Part shown: positions 57,067-64,000 of the stretch, one piece after another
How positions within the stretch are numbered: the first letter of the stretch is position 1
Layout: each line of letters begins with the position of its first letter
Assembly: GCA_951406725.2 (NCBI GenBank)
Contig: OX597826.1
Coordinates: 6,758,001-6,822,000 of the forward strand
Direction of reading: 5' to 3'
DNA length: 64,000 bases
From: Octopus vulgaris
Lineage: Eukaryota
Translations under genes and position numbers: made by a program
The notes under the pieces: model-generated
Databases searched by the model: none
Told to the model about the DNA's origin: nothing
The model's input: only the letters and a program-made list of their open reading frames with translations

Positions 57067-57229
57067 GGTGGCTTTGTGATAAGAAGCTTCATTCCCAACC
57101 TCAAGGTTCCGGGTTCAGTTCCACTGCGTTGCGTGGCATCTTGGGCGTGTGTCTTCTACTATAGTTTCGGGCCAAACAAAACATTTGTGAGTGTATGTGG
57201 TAGAGAGAAACTGAAAGAAGACTGTCTGT

Positions 57230-57232
<3 letters not shown>
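57067..57232 (+). mobile_element. Family-A SINE, 5' half
   Basis: GGTTCCGGGTTCAGTTCCACTGCG..TGTCTTCTACTATAG..AAACTGAAAGAAG, then (TA)n. Confidence 0.82.
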
Positions 57233-57314
<82 letters not shown>

Positions 57315-58150
57315 GTATACATATATATATACATACATATGTATATATATGTGTGTATGTATTAGACATTTTGAAGGACTTCAACGTGTTTTTTTGTCTT
57401 CAAATACTGGTCAACAGCTACAACAAACCACCTCCAGAAAGACACAACTTCAACCGACATTTTGATGTATATATATTTATATATATATAAACACACGATG
57501 GGATTCCACACAGTTTCCGTTTAACAAGTCTGCCGGTAAATGCCCTGGATTTCTGGACGTTGTGGCGCGAATTTTTTAACCACACAGCTATGAATATATT
57601 TAAATCTTGCAGCAGTTACAGATCAGTTTCTAACAAAAGTCAGTATTGCTTTTAACAGTTATTTGTATTGAAAATCTCACAGGGTCACCATAAACGAATG
57701 AGTCTTATACTATTGAAGCACTGTCTTTCTTTCTCTAAATTCAGTATCACTTTTCGCTGATGCAACAATTTAAGTCATTGATGATATCAGCGCTAAAATG
57801 ACATCATCTGCAAAACGCACCACCATCATCATCATCGCCATGATCATCATCAGCATCCTCAGCCTCATTATCACTTACATCATTCCTACCCTTTTCATCA
57901 TTAGCTATGTGAATAGATATCCACATGCTCGTCGCATTTGTTTATTCAATTATGGTCCTATTACTGTTGCTGACACTTAGCGTAGACAACGTAGTTCTAT
58001 GAACTCATCATATAATTTGGGATTTGAATACAGAATGAGGTGTATTTCTCTTGATATTGACATGTCATCATAGCATAATATTCGCTTCGTATTTATAACG
58101 TATACAGATATACAAAAATATAAAAACCTCAAAACGTGTGTACGTATGTG

Positions 58151-58198
<48 letters not shown>

Positions 58199-58201
58199 TA
58201 T

Positions 58202-58252
<51 letters not shown>

Positions 58253-58258
58253 TGTATA

Positions 58259-58293
<35 letters not shown>

Positions 58294-58337
58294 AATATCT
58301 GTGTATATATAAATATACATATATGTATATATATGCA

Positions 58338-58376
<39 letters not shown>

Positions 58377-59051
58377 ACATACATACATACATACGTATAT
58401 GTATATATATAAATATATATATATTTTCAGATTTATGCATATATGCATACATATATATATATGTATACACATATATATACGTACTTATTTTAAGTAGATA
58501 TAATATTTTTCATACAGAGGAAAACACATTTACATATACTTATATGTATGTGTTTATGTATGTACATCCACGCAAATACTTTATACGTGTGCATAAAAAA
58601 ATTAAACAATAAATATATTTACATCCATACATAATCACATATATATATATATATATGTATATAACTCTGTGTGTGTATATGTATAGGTATAAATATATAT
58701 ATATATATATGTGTGTGTGTGAGTGCAAATATATTTTAAGTACGTATATATCATTTCCCTGTCTATTTTTTTCAAACTTCAATCATTTTCAACAAATAAT
58801 TATAACTTATCGATTAAATATTTCTTTAAATTCAAAAACAAAATATTATAATATAAAGAGAAGTAACGACACCGACATTTTAGAATTTTTTTCAAACTCG
58901 TCGTCTTCTTGTATCATTGTTTGTCAGTATAATATTCGTGTTTATATTGTTCATTTTCGTATTATATATTTTTCCTATGCCACGTCTTTACATCAGCTTT
59001 ATTTATTCTGATTGGCATATTACTCACATTTGCAGACGTTTATTGTATTCT

Positions 59052-59186
<135 letters not shown>

Positions 59187-59210
59187 ATATATATATGCGT
59201 ATATATATAC

Positions 59211-59267
<57 letters not shown>

Positions 59268-59411
59268 TATAGATAGATAGATGTATTATATATTATTTAC
59301 TGTATATATGCAGAGAATATATATGTGTTTACGTCCTCACATGCGTAATATATATGGGTATTTATGCATCGAAGTATATCTATATCTATCTATCTATCTA
59401 ACTATATATAT

Positions 59412-59458
<47 letters not shown>

Positions 59459-60347
59459 TATATATATATAGTATATATATATGTATATATATATTATATA
59501 TATATATATATATAATACATACAATGCTAGACCTATAGATAAATGTAAGCATGTATATGCATATAAATACTCATGTATATACTATAGAAATGCACACGCA
59601 CGCACACACACACAAACACACACACACGTATATATATACGAATGCGTGTCGCTTCAAACAATTTTTTTAATATCGCGTAAATGAAAGATTGCATGTTTTG
59701 TGAAGAATATTGCATCACGTCATCTGCATATTTCTCTCTGACGTCACCCTGTCATACACATAACAACACATTACACAATAGACAAACCGAAAGTCTTTTC
59801 ACTACTTATTGTCATCGTCTTTCTTGTCGCCATCAACAGCAGCAACAGCATTATCGCTTGGAACAAGACGATCATAATCATCGCACCCAAAGACCTCCGC
59901 ATCATCATAATCACCCTCCTCATCACCGTCCTTGTCATCCTTATCACCATCACCGTCATCATTAACTGCAGTATTATCATTATCATCTTCATCATAATCT
60001 TGATCACTACAATCATTGCCATCATCATCGTCATCATCATCATCATCATCATCATCGTCTTCGTCGTCGTTTTCAGTATCGCCGCCGTTATCACCATCAT
60101 CATTATCAACCACATCACATTTGATGTCATCATCATCATCATCATAAAATCCACTTCCTTTATCATCTCTTTCGCTTTCTCATCATTATCATCATCATTA
60201 TTTTCACTGCCGTCATCATTTTCAACATCATCATCCTTTTTGTCAACATCAAGCAATCGTCACCCCGCCGCCGTCGCAGTTGCCGTCAGTGATGTCATCA
60301 CCCAACTCATCATCGTCATCATCATTGTCATCGTCATCCTTGTCATC

Positions 60348-60408
<61 letters not shown>

Positions 60409-60778
60409 GTCACCCCACCACCACATTCCCTTTCATCATCATCAGCACCATCATAACCGACCTCTCTATCATTGTCATTATCTACAAATGCCGACAAGCA
60501 TGTTGGTTTCCTTGTTTCGTCCTCATCCGATCAATCCATCCGTTCGAGAAGCTGCGCTGTCAAAGAAACATGTCTTCTTTGTACGTGAGTACGAAATATT
60601 GATTATAAAATATGAACTATCTAACGGAAAGTAATAGGCATGTTGTCTGCTGGTGTAAAACCTGAACATATTGTCTAAGATGACATTTTCCTTCCTGGCC
60701 GGTCAACGCCAATAGCGATTGCTGACTAATAGGGATTAAAAATTACTTAAAATCATAGTGAAAATCATAGTGAAAATC

Positions 60779-60851
<73 letters not shown>

Positions 60852-60881
60852 CAGTAGTAGTAGTAGTAGTAGCAGTAGTAG

Positions 60882-61210
60882 TGTGAAGGCGCAGGGCTCA
60901 GCGGTTAGAGCTTCGAGCTTACGATCGTGAGGTTGTGATCTCGAATCCCGGACCGGGCTGCGTGTTGTGCTCTTGAGCAAGACACTTTATTTCACGTTGC
61001 TCCAGTTCACTCAGCTGCAGAAATGAGTGGCGACGTCACAGGTGCCAAGCTGTATCGGCCCCTTTGTCTTTCCCTTGGATAACACTGGTGGCCTGGAGAT
61101 GTATGGGCGACTACTGGTCTTCCATAAAACAAGGTTGCCCGGAATTGTGCCTGGGAGAGTAACTTTCTAGGTGCAATCCCATGGTCTGTGTCGTGACTGA
61201 AGGGGGTCTC
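60882..61210 (+). mobile_element. Full-length family-D SINE in (TAG)n
   Basis: tRNA-like head GGCTCAGCGGTTAGAGC..TCGAATCCCG; TAG arrays on both sides. Confidence 0.88.
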
Positions 61211-61287
61211 AGTAATAGTAGTAATAGTAGTAATAGTAGTAGTTGTGGTGGTGGTTGTGGTGTTGTTGTTGTTGTTGCTGGTGGTGT

Positions 61288-61351
<64 letters not shown>

Positions 61352-61381
61352 TGTGGTGTTGATGGTGGTGGTTGGTTGTTG

Positions 61382-61447
<66 letters not shown>

Positions 61448-61457
61448 ATAGAAGTAA

Positions 61458-61518
<61 letters not shown>

Positions 61519-61644
61519 TAGTAGTAGTAGTAGTAGTTGTAGTAGTTAATAGTAGTAGTAGTAGTAATAGTAATTGTAGTAGTATTAGTAGTAGAAGTAA
61601 TAGTAATAGTAGTAGTAGTAGTAGTAGTAGTAGTAATAGTAATT

Positions 61645-61740
<96 letters not shown>

Positions 61741-61990
61741 TGGATCGAAGAAATTGAGAAATATCAGGAACTAACGACAGAGATGAAGAGATTCTGGATT
61801 AAGATTAACTCCTAGAATTATTACCGTGATAATTTGTGTACTTGGCAAAACACCCAAACCGCTTACCTAAAGGACTGGAAGTTATTGGAAGTGACACTAG
61901 CATTGCAGAACTGCAGAGAATTGCAATCTCCTAATCAGCAAAAATCCTTAGAATGGAACATGAGATTCGAGGTGTCTTGTCACGAAACCT
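61741..61990 (+). pseudogene. Old R4/Dong-clade endonuclease C-terminal fragment after (TAG)n
   Basis: EEIEKYQELTTEMKRFW..IITVIICVLGKTPK..KGLEVIGSDTSIAELQRIAIS*SAKILR, with frameshifts. Confidence 0.75.
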
Positions 61991-62044
61991 CTATACAATA
62001 ACCTTACTAAAAAATATGTGGTATACTCTTTTAGTCTCTTTTAC

Positions 62045-62215
62045 TCTCTTAATTGTTTCAATTATTTGAATGCGGCCATGCTGGAGCACCGCCTTTAGTC
62101 GAGCAAATTAACCCCAGGACTTATTCTTTGTAAGCCTAGTACTTATACTACCGGAACTCTTTTGCCGAATCGCTAAGTTACGGGAACGTGAAGACACCAG
62201 CATCTGTTAAGCCAA
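62045..62215 (-). mobile_element. Family-A SINE, 3' half
   Basis: TGCGGCCATGCTGGAGCACCGCCTTTAGTCGAGCAAAT..GACTTATTCTTTGTAAGCCTAGTACTTAT. Confidence 0.88.
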
Positions 62216-62739
62216 TTTATGGTTTGGAATTCTGGTGAAAATAAAAGCAATTTGGAGGGGAAGGGAGTGTTTGGTACTCTCGTCTGAATTACTGGTACCT
62301 GGGACGAAGGGACCAGGGAGTGAAATACTACCGAGGACAACATTGCCTTTTATCCGATGGAAAGAGAGGTAAAGCTAAATTCGATGAACCCAGATATACG
62401 CACAGCGCTTTATAGAAGAAGAGTAGAAGAAGAAGAAGAAGAAGAAGAAGAAGAAGAAGAAGAAGAAGAAGAAGAAGATGAAGGAGAAGAAGAAGAAGAA
62501 GAAGAAGAAGAAGAAGAAGAAGATGAAGGAGAAGAAGAAGAAGAAGGAGAAGAAGATGAAGGAGAAGAAGAAGAAGAAGAAGAAGAAGAAGAAGAAGATG
62601 AAGGAGAAGAAGATGAGGAGAAGAAGAAGAAGAAGAAGAAGAAGAAGAAGAAGGAGGAGGAGGAGGAGGAGGTGGAGATGAACAAGAAAATGATCATGAT
62701 GAACAAGATGATGATGAAGAAGAAGAAGAACAAGAATAA

Positions 62740-62900
62740 TGTGGGGCAGACGGAGAAGGGCAGGATATGGATGCAGAGGAGTTGGAGGAATGATGGACAG
62801 TCAAGAATGTTTCTCGAATGACAACATCAAAGAATGGATTGGCACCAAGTTCAACTTGGAGCATTCAGAGACCTGGGTACTGGGACCGCGCTTGTCCGAT
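62740..62900 (+). pseudogene. Degenerate RTE-like LINE C-terminus
   Basis: GRRRRAG..DNIKEWIG resembles RTE GxRxRGR..W.DNIKEWTG. Confidence 0.45.
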
Positions 62901-62985
62901 GATTTTGAGCACAGCGTGTATTTTGTGTGTAATCGCTATCGTCGTTCAACTTTTGAAACACACAATTTGCATCTACCATATGTAC

Positions 62986-63025
<40 letters not shown>

Positions 63026-63500
63026 TAATAAGCAGAGATAGACTACTGATAGTCTCATCTACATTCTATCCTTCTTATGTGTTAATAACTGAGCACAGCT
63101 TAAACTTTACATATTGTAGACTGATGTGATGTACATTCGCAAATAACACAGAGAATCATAAATATCTTACTCACGCACTGACATGAGATTAGACGGCATA
63201 TTTATAGCGCCATTGATTTCTGAAAACAAAGATAAACACAAATACGGTTTTGAAGGATTTAAATATGTTTTTGATGAAGTAATTTCTGAATATCTATATA
63301 CATATCTTTGGGGCATTTGTAATGAGTTTTGGAGTGTTCTCACGTTTTGTGGAAAGCAATTGCTTCTCATTTTTAGGTATGTCTTTCAAAAATGCCTCAA
63401 CACACATGTTCTTTCCCTTGCCTGAGAAATGTGTTTGTGTATGTGTGTATGCTTGTGGGTGTATAGATATATGTGCGTGTGTGTGTATGTATATACATTT

Positions 63501-63554
<54 letters not shown>

Positions 63555-63759
63555 AACAGAACGATAAATTCAAAGGTCTAGAGGATATTGAATAGTTAAC
63601 ATACAACGTATATTGCTGCATCTACACATTCAAGCACACACACACACATAGATAGATAAATAGATAGAGGGATGGATTGATGGATAGATAGATATATAGA
63701 TAGATAGATAGATAGATAGATAGACAGACAGATAGATCGATAGACAGATAGATAGATAC

Positions 63760-63862
<103 letters not shown>

Positions 63863-64000
63863 AAGTATGTAAGTATGTGCGTACTTACGTACATGCACAT
63901 CGTCGCAGGTACGGCTTTGTGATAAGAAGTTTGCTCACCCACCACATGGCTCTAGTTTCAGTCCCAGTGTATTTATAAGATAGACACTGAAAGGGGCCGA

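Noticed and set aside
57790-57820. Minus-strand VRFADDVILA, resembling an RT catalytic motif
   Set aside because: Only 10 residues next to a CAT repeat; flanks show no further RT similarity.

Overview
Very AT-rich eukaryotic non-coding DNA, saturated with microsatellites ((TA)n, (CA)n, (GATA)n, (AAT)n, (TAG)n, (CAT)n, (GAA)n). The SINE families look like those of Octopus or another coleoid cephalopod (recognition, not a database result). I find no intact host gene, and almost all ORFs in the track are microsatellite translations. The window holds about 25 tRNA-headed SINE copies from several modular families, and fragments of piggyBac, Tc1/mariner, CR1, RTE, a Tx1/L1-type LINE in (GATA)n and two R4/Dong LINEs next to (AAT)n and (TAG)n. 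The most notable signal is a set of short non-coding elements, mostly flanked by (TA)n, that carry minimal type I hammerhead ribozyme (HHR) folds. There are about ten cores from at least six families, with recurrent non-canonical cores (CCGANGA, CUGUAGA) and palindromic stem III. Several are arranged as inverted pairs or long hairpins. A broken Penelope-like (GIY-YIG) ORF lies next to one of them. Perfect fold-back palindromes and one long inverted repeat are also present.
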